Below are positions 20,027-27,515 of a DNA stretch of 36,160 nt, piece by piece. The stretch is from Wenzhouxiangella sp. (GTDB lineage Bacteria > Pseudomonadota > Gammaproteobacteria > Xanthomonadales > Wenzhouxiangellaceae): positions 1 through 36,160 of the forward strand of contig SLJA01000070.1 in NCBI GenBank assembly GCA_007135355.1, written 5' to 3'. A program made the translations under genes and the position numbers. Under the pieces are notes generated by a model that ran no database searches, was not told the DNA's origin, and saw only the letters and a program-made list of their open reading frames with translations. Each line of letters begins with the position of its first letter. Position 1 is the first letter of the stretch.

Positions 20027-20281
20027 ATGACTCGACAGATTCCCATACGCCTGTTCGGCGCCTTCCGGCAAGGACGCTCGGACGCTACCCTTACGGTAGA
20101 AATAGACACCGATGCGCGCGTTTCCGAACTGCGCCAGGCCATGAGCAAGGCACTGGACAGCGACAGCGCCCGCGCGCTGCTCAAGGCTTCGGCCTTTGCC
20201 ACCGACACCGAGATACTCGACGACGACCAGCCGGTGCCGGAACGCGAAATTTCCATCCTGCCGCCGGTGTGCGGCGGCTGA
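20027..20281 (+). CDS. moaD: Molybdopterin synthase sulfur carrier subunit (MoaD/ThiS)
   Basis: Ubiquitin-like size, I-x-LFG-x-FR, C-terminal ILPPVCGG. AGGAG SD at 20011-15; alternative start at 19997. Confidence 0.9.
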   Translation: MTRQIPIRLFGAFRQGRSDATLTVEIDTDARVSELRQAMSKALDSDSARALLKASAFATDTEILDDDQPVPEREISILPPVCGG

Positions 20282-20303
20282 AAACAGGCTTTGCACAAGA
20301 CCC

Positions 20304-20741
20304 ATGATTCACGTTGACATCACCGAAGCCGTTCTCGACCCATTGGCCGCGCTAAGCCACTGTTGCGCGGACAGCCATGGCGCCGCCGACCTGTTTATCG
20401 GGCGCGTACGCAACCTCAACGAAGGTCGCGCGGTCACCGCGGTCAGCTACGACCTGCACCCGGTGCTGTGCAAGAACATCTTTGCCGAGATCTGCCGCGA
20501 AGCTCAAGGCCGGTGGGGCGATCACATCCATGTCTACCTGGTCCACCGTCTGGGCCGGCTGGAGGTTGGCGAGGCCAGCGTCATCACGGCCGTCAGCTCG
20601 CCGCACCGGGCGCACAGTTTCGAAGCCTGCCGCTATCTGATCGAACAGATGAAGGTGCGCGCGCCGATCTGGAAGCAGGAGCACTACGTCGACGGCGACA
20701 GCGAATGGATCAAGGGTCATGCCCTGCGCAATCCGGCCTGA
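20304..20741 (+). CDS. moaE: Molybdopterin synthase catalytic subunit
   Basis: GA-x-x-x-F-x-G-x-VR, HRLGRL-x-VGE, SSPHR, K-x-x-APIWKQE. Confidence 0.96.
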   Translation: MIHVDITEAVLDPLAALSHCCADSHGAADLFIGRVRNLNEGRAVTAVSYDLHPVLCKNIFAEICREAQGRWGDHIHVYLVHRLGRLEVGEASVITAVSSPHRAHSFEACRYLIEQMKVRAPIWKQEHYVDGDSEWIKGHALRNPA

Positions 20742-21339
20742 ACGCCTGGCGGTGATCCTGTGCGGCGGCACGCCGGCGCCGGATGCCGCGATGCTGGCGC
20801 AGACGCGCGCGCGGGTCGAGCGGGCCGGCTTTCGCCTGCTGCCGACCGACGGCAGCGAAGACGCCGGGCTGGGGCCGCTGGGCGGCATCCTGGCGGCAGT
20901 GACAGCCTGCCCGGACCGGGATGGCAGCTGCCTGCTGGCGGTTCCGGCCGACATGCCCGCGCTCAATCCGCGCGCGCTGCAGCGCCTGGCTGATATTGCC
21001 GAGGCCGACGGTCGCGGCGCCCTGTTCGACCTGGGTCCGCTACCGCTGGCACTGATGCTGAACCCCGCGCTTCGGCGGGTCCTGCGCCAGGCCACGGAAA
21101 GCGCAGCCCGCCGATCCCTGACCGGCCTGGCCGAGCGTCTTGGTCTGCCGATAGCGGCCTCGCTGCCCGACGATGGGCTGGACAACCTGGTCACCCGCCG
21201 CGGCCGGCAACAAACCCCGACCCCGGACACCACCCTGCATCCCACCGCTGCCGGTAAGTCGGCGGACTCGTCGACAAAGCCGACCACCCAGGCAGCGGAA
21301 ATCATCGCCATACCCGATCACCAAGGAGAGTCAAGATGA
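20719..21339 (+). CDS. mobA: MobA-like nucleotidyltransferase, degenerate (possible pseudogene)
   Basis: Retains VILCGG, GPLGGI and LAVPADMP but lacks the S-x-RMG-x-DK loop; ends in a low-complexity tail. Confidence 0.6.
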   Translation: MPCAIRPERLAVILCGGTPAPDAAMLAQTRARVERAGFRLLPTDGSEDAGLGPLGGILAAVTACPDRDGSCLLAVPADMPALNPRALQRLADIAEADGRGALFDLGPLPLALMLNPALRRVLRQATESAARRSLTGLAERLGLPIAASLPDDGLDNLVTRRGRQQTPTPDTTLHPTAAGKSADSSTKPTTQAAEIIAIPDHQGESR

Positions 21340-21656
21340 GTCAGAGCAAGATCCCGCAAACCTTCGAAGCCTTCAGCGACCGCTTTCCGGGCTTGAGCGA
21401 GGCCCACCAGCAGACCGGTGCCGCACTGGACGCGGCCGGCCCACTGGACGCCAGGACCCGGGCGCTGGTCAAGATTGGTATCTGCGTCGGCGCCGGGCTG
21501 GAATCGGCACTGAAAAGCCAGGTCCGGCGCGGCCTGGAAGCCGGTCTGAGCAGCGCGGAAATCGAGCACGCGCTGGTGCTGGGCATGAACTCGGTCGGTT
21601 TTCCCAAAACGGTCGCGGCCTGGCAGTGGGCGCGCAAGGTACTCAAGGACGCCTGA
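21336..21656 (+). CDS. Carboxymuconolactone decarboxylase (CMD/AhpD-like) family protein
   Basis: GPLD-x-RTR-x-LVKIG, AL-x-SQVRRGLEAG-x-S-x-x-EI, GFP; AAGGAG SD. Confidence 0.85.
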   Translation: MSQSKIPQTFEAFSDRFPGLSEAHQQTGAALDAAGPLDARTRALVKIGICVGAGLESALKSQVRRGLEAGLSSAEIEHALVLGMNSVGFPKTVAAWQWARKVLKDA

Positions 21657-21766
21657 GCCGCAAACACGACCCCAACGAGCGCACAGAGGCCCGGCGCTCA
21701 GCCCGGGCCCGTCCGAAAAGCAGCGGGCCGCCGCACCGGTAGCCCGCAATATGCGGAAAAACGCAT

Positions 21767-21808
21767 TTGACAAGCATCAAATCAACAGGCCATTCTCTGC
21801 CGTATGCT
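21767..21808 (+). promoter_or_regulatory. FNR-type box and -10 element (class II) for the NapC/CymA-like gene
   Basis: TTGAC-AAGC-ATCAA at 21767-21780. A -10 TATGCT at 21803-21808 predicts +1 near 21815, which puts the box centre at -41.5. Confidence 0.8.
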
Positions 21809-21836
21809 GCTGCACAGTTCATGGAGGGAGTGAGTC

Positions 21837-22475
21837 ATGGCCGCATCGGAGAAGCGCACAAACATCGTTGTCCGGCTGTTTCGCTGGATCTGGAATCTCA
21901 TCACCCAGCCCGCGACCCGGATGGGTGCCGGCGTGCTGGTCATCATCGGCGTGGTGGTCGGCATCGCCGGCTGGACCACCAAGATGACCATCATCGACGC
22001 CACCTCGTCCACCGCGTTCTGCATCAGCTGTCACGAGATGGAGGCGTTCGTCCTGCCCGCCGTCGCCGAGAGCTCGCACTGGACCAATGCCAGCGGGGTC
22101 AGGGCCGAATGCGCCGACTGCCATGTACCCAAGGAGTACTTCCCCAAGATGGCGGTCAAGATCAACGCCGGCCTGGTTGAGTTGCCCGCGCACTTCATGG
22201 GCAAGATCAGCACCCGGGAAAAGTACGATGCTTATCGACCGGTCATGGCGCACCGGGTCTGGGACCAGATGCGCGCCAACGATTCACGCGAATGTCGCAG
22301 CTGCCACCTGTGGGAAGCCATGTCCGAGGAAGCGCAAAGTCGACCAGCCTGGATGGTGCACCAGCGCGCCGAGGAACAAGGCCAGACCTGCATCGACTGT
22401 CATGACGGGGTCTCGCACGGCAAGAGCCGGCGTGACTACGAAAGAGCGGCGCAGGCGGCCGGCAATTCAGGCTAG
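21837..22475 (+). CDS. NapC/NirT/CymA-family membrane-anchored tetraheme quinol dehydrogenase
   Basis: N-terminal TM helix; CISCHEM, CADCH, CRSCH, CIDCH; S-x-H-x-x-NASGVRA-x-C signature; NDSRECR. Confidence 0.95.
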   Translation: MAASEKRTNIVVRLFRWIWNLITQPATRMGAGVLVIIGVVVGIAGWTTKMTIIDATSSTAFCISCHEMEAFVLPAVAESSHWTNASGVRAECADCHVPKEYFPKMAVKINAGLVELPAHFMGKISTREKYDAYRPVMAHRVWDQMRANDSRECRSCHLWEAMSEEAQSRPAWMVHQRAEEQGQTCIDCHDGVSHGKSRRDYERAAQAAGNSG

Positions 22476-22500
22476 GCACCTGCGCGGCAGATTCAATCAG

Positions 22501-22524
22501 AGCCGGCCTGCAGGCCGGCTTTTC
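22501..22524 (+). terminator. Hairpin/terminator between the convergent napC-like and chrA genes
   Basis: Perfect 20-nt palindrome AGCCGGCCTGCAGGCCGGCT followed by TTTC. Confidence 0.65.
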
Positions 22525-22528
22525 ACAT

Positions 22529-23839
22529 TCAGGCGGCCATCCCCGGCCAGAGACTCAGCAACCAGCCGCCCAGCGCCGACAGCGCAACCACGCTGAACAA
22601 TCCCAGGCGCAGCACAAACAGCAGCGCTGCCGCCGCCAGGCTCAAGCCGACCGCCGCCGGGTCAACGCTGGACAGTCGTGGCAGCTCGATGCTCAGGCCA
22701 AAGCGCTCGACCTCGCGCAGTTCGACAAACAGCAGACGCAGGGCAAACCAGGTGGCCAGAAAGGCGATCACACCAACCACCGCGGCGGTGATCCCGCGCA
22801 AGGCGGCCGCAACCCGGATGTTGCTGCGCAGGCGCTCCACCCAGGGCGCGAGCAAAAAGATCCACAAAAACGAGGGTGCAAACATCACCCAGGTTGTCAA
22901 CAGACCACCCAGACTGCCGGCCAGCAGCGGGTCCAGGCCGGAGGCGTGGCGCCAGGCCGCCAGAAAGCCGACAAACTGGGTCACCAGGATCAATGGGCCC
23001 GGCGTGGTTTCGGCCAGACCCAGGCCGTCGAGCATTTCTTCGGCCCGGATCCAGCCCTGCGTCTCGGCGGCAAACTGCGCCACCCAGGCCAGCACCGCGT
23101 AGGCGCCGCCGAAGCTCAGTACCGAGACCATGCTGAAAAAGCCTGCGATCTGCGTCCACACCGAATCGCGGCCCAGCAGCATCAGCAAGAGCAGCAACGG
23201 CCCCAGCCACAGCAGCAATACTGCCAGCGACACCTTGATCGGCACCGCGCTGACGGCCGGCGCCGATGGTGTTTGTCCCGGGGCCCGGCCGTAGATCAGC
23301 CAACCGGCCAGCGCGGCCATCAGAATGATCAGCGGAAACGGCAGGCCGAACAGAAACATGGCGACAAAAGCCGCACCTGCAATCGCCAAGGCCGCGCGGC
23401 CGATCATCACCTTGCCGCTCATGCGCGCCAGCGCCTGGGCGACAATGGCCAGTACCGCGCATTTGAGGCCGAACAGCAGGCCCTCGACCAGGCTGGTCTG
23501 CCCCACGGTTACATAGAGCACGCTCAAGGCCAGCATGATCAACGCCCCCGGCAGCACGAACAGCACGCCGGCCAGCACGCCGCCGGTCACCCCCTTCAGG
23601 CGCCAGCCGATATAGGTGGCCAGTTGCTGGGCTTCCGGCCCGGGCAGCAGCATGCAGAAGTTCAGGGCATGGTTGAACTGATCCTGCGGCAGCCAGCCCT
23701 TGTCGTCGACCACCAGACGTTGCATCACTCCGATCTGCGCGGCCGGACCGCCGAAACTCAGGATGGCCACCTGCCACCAGACCTGGAGGAATTCCCGCAT
23801 CGGGATCCTGGAGCTCGGACTCCTGAGGGCCGAACTCAT
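22529..23839 (-). CDS. chrA: Chromate efflux transporter (long-chain CHR family)
   Basis: SFGGPAAQI, LLPGPEAQQLA-x-YIGW, SFGGAYAVL, GLAETTPGPLI. The start is uncertain. Confidence 0.93.
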   Translation of the reverse strand: MSSALRSPSSRIPMREFLQVWWQVAILSFGGPAAQIGVMQRLVVDDKGWLPQDQFNHALNFCMLLPGPEAQQLATYIGWRLKGVTGGVLAGVLFVLPGALIMLALSVLYVTVGQTSLVEGLLFGLKCAVLAIVAQALARMSGKVMIGRAALAIAGAAFVAMFLFGLPFPLIILMAALAGWLIYGRAPGQTPSAPAVSAVPIKVSLAVLLLWLGPLLLLLMLLGRDSVWTQIAGFFSMVSVLSFGGAYAVLAWVAQFAAETQGWIRAEEMLDGLGLAETTPGPLILVTQFVGFLAAWRHASGLDPLLAGSLGGLLTTWVMFAPSFLWIFLLAPWVERLRSNIRVAAALRGITAAVVGVIAFLATWFALRLLFVELREVERFGLSIELPRLSSVDPAAVGLSLAAAALLFVLRLGLFSVVALSALGGWLLSLWPGMAA

Positions 23840-23882
23840 GGCGCCGAACTGACACGAAGCGAGTCGACCATGCAAAACGTGT

Positions 23883-24422
23883 TCAGAAGTATGCGCCCTG
23901 GCTGCCGGGCATGTGGTTTTGCTCGGCGATCACCTTTTCAACGCGCTCGACCAGATCCTCGGCGCCGGGCGTCTGGCCGCTGTCGGCCTGGAACAGAATG
24001 AAGTTCACCTCGCGCTGGACCACGATGCGGTTGTAGTCATGCACATCGCGCCACACCGTGACTGCCTTGTCGGCGGCGCCGTCCATGGCGTGGCTCAGGC
24101 CAATGTAGAGCAGCGCAGTGGCATCGTCGCCCTCACGCTGCAGCAGATCCTCGAGCACGCGGCGCGCCTCCGAGGTCTGGCCCAGCTTCAGATAACACCA
24201 ACCCAGACGCCGGTAGCCTTGCGGGAACTCCGGCTCACGCATCAGCAGTCGCGCGTAAAGCTCGGCGGCCTTTTCGTAATCCCCGCCGCGCAGCAACTCA
24301 TCGGCGCGCAGGGTCGCCGGATGCTCGTCAGGTGCCTGCCGGGCACGGGTCTCGCTGCGCGAACGACCAGCCAGGCGGCCGAACAATTCGCGTCTGGATA
24401 GCTTGGAGTTCCTTTCGCTCAC
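23883..24422 (-). CDS. Tetratricopeptide-repeat protein with an N-terminal SRRELF motif
   Basis: TPR-like helices (GDYEKAAELY, LGWCYLKLGQ-x-x-EA, ALLYIGL); GTG start. Confidence 0.8.
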   Translation of the reverse strand: MSERNSKLSRRELFGRLAGRSRSETRARQAPDEHPATLRADELLRGGDYEKAAELYARLLMREPEFPQGYRRLGWCYLKLGQTSEARRVLEDLLQREGDDATALLYIGLSHAMDGAADKAVTVWRDVHDYNRIVVQREVNFILFQADSGQTPGAEDLVERVEKVIAEQNHMPGSQGAYF

Positions 24423-24495
24423 CGAAATATTGTACGTTGTGAGCCTGATTGATACCGTTCGTCAACAGCCATGAACTGTTCCAGACGCCATCCGC

Positions 24496-25473
24496 GTGAC
24501 TCAGCAGTTGCTTGAAACCAGGCTAGGCCCGGCTTTCGACCGCCGTTTCCTGTTCATCACCGGCAAGGGTGGGGTGGGCAAAACGCTGATCAGCGCGATG
24601 CTTGCCGTACGGGCGGCTCAGCGCGGTGAGCGTACGCTATGGGTGGAGATGTCGGAAGCGCCGCGCGGCGGTCATTTGTTCGCCGATTTCAGTCCGCGCT
24701 ACCAGCTGGTGCCGGTGCGCGATCACCTGTGGGCCATGAATCTGCGCGTGCAGCCGGCCATCGAGGAGTATCTGGCAGTCGCCTTCAAGGTTCCATTCAT
24801 CACCCGCCTGATTGCCCGCAATACCCTGTTCCAGGTTCTGACCGGCGCCCTGCCTGGCCTGGACTCGCTGATTCCGCTGGGCAAGCTCTGGTACGAGCTG
24901 GGCCGCAAGCGCGGGCGCAAGCCTTACTGGGATCGCATCATTCTGGATGCGCCGGCCACCGGCCATGCACTGGCCATGCTGCGCTTTCCACAGGCCGCGC
25001 TGGACATGGTCAACAGCGGCAATGTGGCCGACCGCTCGCGCGAAATCGATGAAATCCTGAGTGACCAAACGCTGACCAGCCTGATTGCGGTCACCACGCT
25101 GGAGGAGCTACCGGTCGATGAAACCCGGGAGTTGGTCGAACAGGTTCACGCCGAGACGCCTTACCGCTTTGCCGCGGTCGTTTGCAACAGCGTCTTTCCG
25201 GACATCGGCCGCGATCAGGATGAGCGATTCCAGTCCTGGCTGGCCGGTGCTGAAGACGCAGGCCTGATCGACGAGGCGCTGGCCGGCACCGGGGCAAACC
25301 CGGACTGGTTGCGCGCGCGCCTGCAATGGCTGGAGTCGCGCCGGCGTGCCCAGCAGCAATGGCTGGAAGCGCTGGCCCCCTTGTCTGTGCCGCTGGCCCG
25401 CGCGCCGTGGATTCCGGCAGCCAGTGAAGCCGAAGTGCTCGCCGCCCTGGTCGAGGAGTTCAGCGCGGCATGA
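24496..25473 (+). CDS. ArsA/Get3-family ATPase, subunit A of a pair (Rv3679/BagA-like)
   Basis: Deviant Walker A TGKGGVGKT, LWVE at the switch I position, ILDAPATGH, EELPV-x-ET. Confidence 0.85.
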   Translation: MTQQLLETRLGPAFDRRFLFITGKGGVGKTLISAMLAVRAAQRGERTLWVEMSEAPRGGHLFADFSPRYQLVPVRDHLWAMNLRVQPAIEEYLAVAFKVPFITRLIARNTLFQVLTGALPGLDSLIPLGKLWYELGRKRGRKPYWDRIILDAPATGHALAMLRFPQAALDMVNSGNVADRSREIDEILSDQTLTSLIAVTTLEELPVDETRELVEQVHAETPYRFAAVVCNSVFPDIGRDQDERFQSWLAGAEDAGLIDEALAGTGANPDWLRARLQWLESRRRAQQQWLEALAPLSVPLARAPWIPAASEAEVLAALVEEFSAA

Positions 25474-26552
25474 TGGCAGATATCATCCAGCGCCATCGCA
25501 TCCTGATTATCGGCGGCAGCGGCGGAGTCGGCAAAACCAGCGTCAGCGCAGCCCTTGGCATCGCCTCGGCACGAGCCGGCTTCCGCACCCTGGTCCTGAC
25601 CATCGATCCGGCCCGCCGCCTGGCCGCCGCGCTGGGCCTTGACGGCATCGGCCCGGAAGCCGTCGAGGTCACACCACAGCTAGAGACGCTCGGCATTCAG
25701 GGCCCCGGTGAGCTGCACGCCATGATGCTGGACGTCAAAAGCACGCTCGATCAGGCGGTCGAGCGCTACGCGTCCAGCCCCGAGCGCCGGGAAGCCATCC
25801 TCGCCAACCGCCTGTACCGCAACATCTCCACCCGCCTGTCCGGCAGCCAGGAATTTGCGGCCATGCAGCGGCTGCAGGAGATCGCCGAATCCGGCGCCTA
25901 CGAGCGCATCATCCTCGATACGCCACCGACCACTCAGGCCTTGGATTTTCTGACCGCGCCGGAACGGCTGCAGGCCTTTTTCGACTCCAGCCTGATGCGG
26001 ATTTTCATCCAGTTTGGCGGCACCGCCGGGCGCGGTTTTTTCCGCATGACCGATGTCTTGTTCAAGACGCTTGAACGACTCACCGGCGCCCATGTGATCC
26101 GCGACATCGGCGAGTTCTTCGAGGTTGCCGAATCCATTCTGGAGCCCTTCAGCCGCCAGGCCCGCCAGGCCCAGGCCCTGCTGCGCCGGGCGGAAACCTC
26201 GTTTGTGATCGTGACCGGTCCGTATCCGCACCAGCTGGTCGATGCCGATCGATTTCGACAAAAACTGTGCGAGATGGAGATCAAGGTCAGTGCACTGATC
26301 GTCAACCGCTGGCTGCCACCGACCCTGGCGCAAAGGCCTCAACGCCAGGCTGCCGTGCACTCGCAGCAACTGGCCAGGCGCATGGCCTTCTGGGCGCTGG
26401 AACTGGAGCATCTGGCCCGAGAGCAGACCGAGTCGATCGATCGGCTCGCCGCCCATTGCCCACAACCAGTCCTGCGACTGGCTGAACAGGAGGGCGATGT
26501 GCACTCGATGGCCGGCCTGGGCCAGCTGGCCAAGCAGTTGGATGCCAGCTGA
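25470..26552 (+). CDS. ArsA/Get3-family ATPase, subunit B of a pair (Rv3680/BagB-like)
   Basis: GSGGVGKT, LTIDPARRLA-x-ALG, G-x-QEF-x-AM, LDTPPT-x-x-ALDFL-x-AP; ATGA overlap with subunit A. Confidence 0.88.
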   Translation: MMADIIQRHRILIIGGSGGVGKTSVSAALGIASARAGFRTLVLTIDPARRLAAALGLDGIGPEAVEVTPQLETLGIQGPGELHAMMLDVKSTLDQAVERYASSPERREAILANRLYRNISTRLSGSQEFAAMQRLQEIAESGAYERIILDTPPTTQALDFLTAPERLQAFFDSSLMRIFIQFGGTAGRGFFRMTDVLFKTLERLTGAHVIRDIGEFFEVAESILEPFSRQARQAQALLRRAETSFVIVTGPYPHQLVDADRFRQKLCEMEIKVSALIVNRWLPPTLAQRPQRQAAVHSQQLARRMAFWALELEHLAREQTESIDRLAAHCPQPVLRLAEQEGDVHSMAGLGQLAKQLDAS

Positions 26553-26564
26553 TGCTAAATGATG

Positions 26565-27455
26565 CTAGATGAGGAAACCCAGCCCCAGCATGACGATGGT
26601 GACCATCAGCGTGGCCACATTCACGCCCAGCCATTGAGTCAGCTCCGGCGTATTATCGGCGTGAATCAGGACCATCCGGCCCAGGACGATGGCTGCCGGC
26701 GCAGGGATCAGCACCAGCAGCGTCATCAGCGGCAACACGCCGGCCAGCACGCCGATCACCGGCATCAGATAGGCCAGCGCCAAAACCACGACGAACAGGC
26801 GGGCCGCGGCCTGTCGACCCATCAGGATGGGCAGATGCAGCCGACCATGGTCACGGTCGGGCTCGAGATCGGGTAGCTGGTTGATCAGCAGCAGGCCGCT
26901 GACCAGGAACAGCGGGGTCAGGGAAGCCCAGACCACGCCCAGACTGTATGCGCCGGTCACCGCGTAGTAGCTGCCGGCGACCATGATGGGACCAAAACCC
27001 AGGCCCGGGGCGAGCAGGCAAAACAAGGGCCGGCGGGTGATCCAGGCAGTGTAGGCCACAACCAGAAAGATCCCAAGCAAACCGGGCAACAATAAACCCA
27101 TGCCGGATTGGGTCAGCAGATAGAGGCCGATCAGCGCGCTGGTGGCCATGGTCGCCAGCCCGGCAGCCAGCACCGCCGGTGCCGCATTCGGCAGCGCCGG
27201 CAAGGCGCCACTGCCGCCGCTGAACGGCGTGCGCTGGGTCGCCAGATCAAGCCCTGAACGAAAGTCGTCCCATTCATTGAGCAGATTGACGGCGGCATGG
27301 GCCAGCACCGCGGCCAACACGATCAGCACGATGGTGGCCAGGTCCGGCGTATGCCCCGCGGCGTGCGCGGCCGCCAGGCCGGGGAACACGCAGACCGGTG
27401 CCAGAATCAAGAAATTGGGACGCGCTGATTGCGCTACGGTGGCGGCGACGCTCAT
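26565..27455 (-). CDS. Second MenA-like UbiA-superfamily prenyltransferase
   Basis: ARPNFL-x-L, NLLNEWDDFRSGLD, RTPFSGGS, INQLPD-x-x-x-D-x-x-x-GR; multiple TM segments. Confidence 0.85.
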   Translation of the reverse strand: MSVAATVAQSARPNFLILAPVCVFPGLAAAHAAGHTPDLATIVLIVLAAVLAHAAVNLLNEWDDFRSGLDLATQRTPFSGGSGALPALPNAAPAVLAAGLATMATSALIGLYLLTQSGMGLLLPGLLGIFLVVAYTAWITRRPLFCLLAPGLGFGPIMVAGSYYAVTGAYSLGVVWASLTPLFLVSGLLLINQLPDLEPDRDHGRLHLPILMGRQAAARLFVVVLALAYLMPVIGVLAGVLPLMTLLVLIPAPAAIVLGRMVLIHADNTPELTQWLGVNVATLMVTIVMLGLGFLI

Positions 27456-27515
27456 AGCCGCCGATAGTATCCGAAAAGCGGTCGCCGCGAAGGCAACAGC
27501 GATGCGGATGCCCCG

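Noticed and set aside
24449-24465. TTGAT-N7-GTCAA as an FNR box between the TPR and ATPase genes
   Set aside because: The spacer is 7 nt rather than the required 4.
24496-26552. Arsenite-resistance (arsA) interpretation
   Set aside because: No arsB, acr3, arsC, arsD or arsR nearby; these are single-domain subunits with no evident metalloid-binding Cys cluster.
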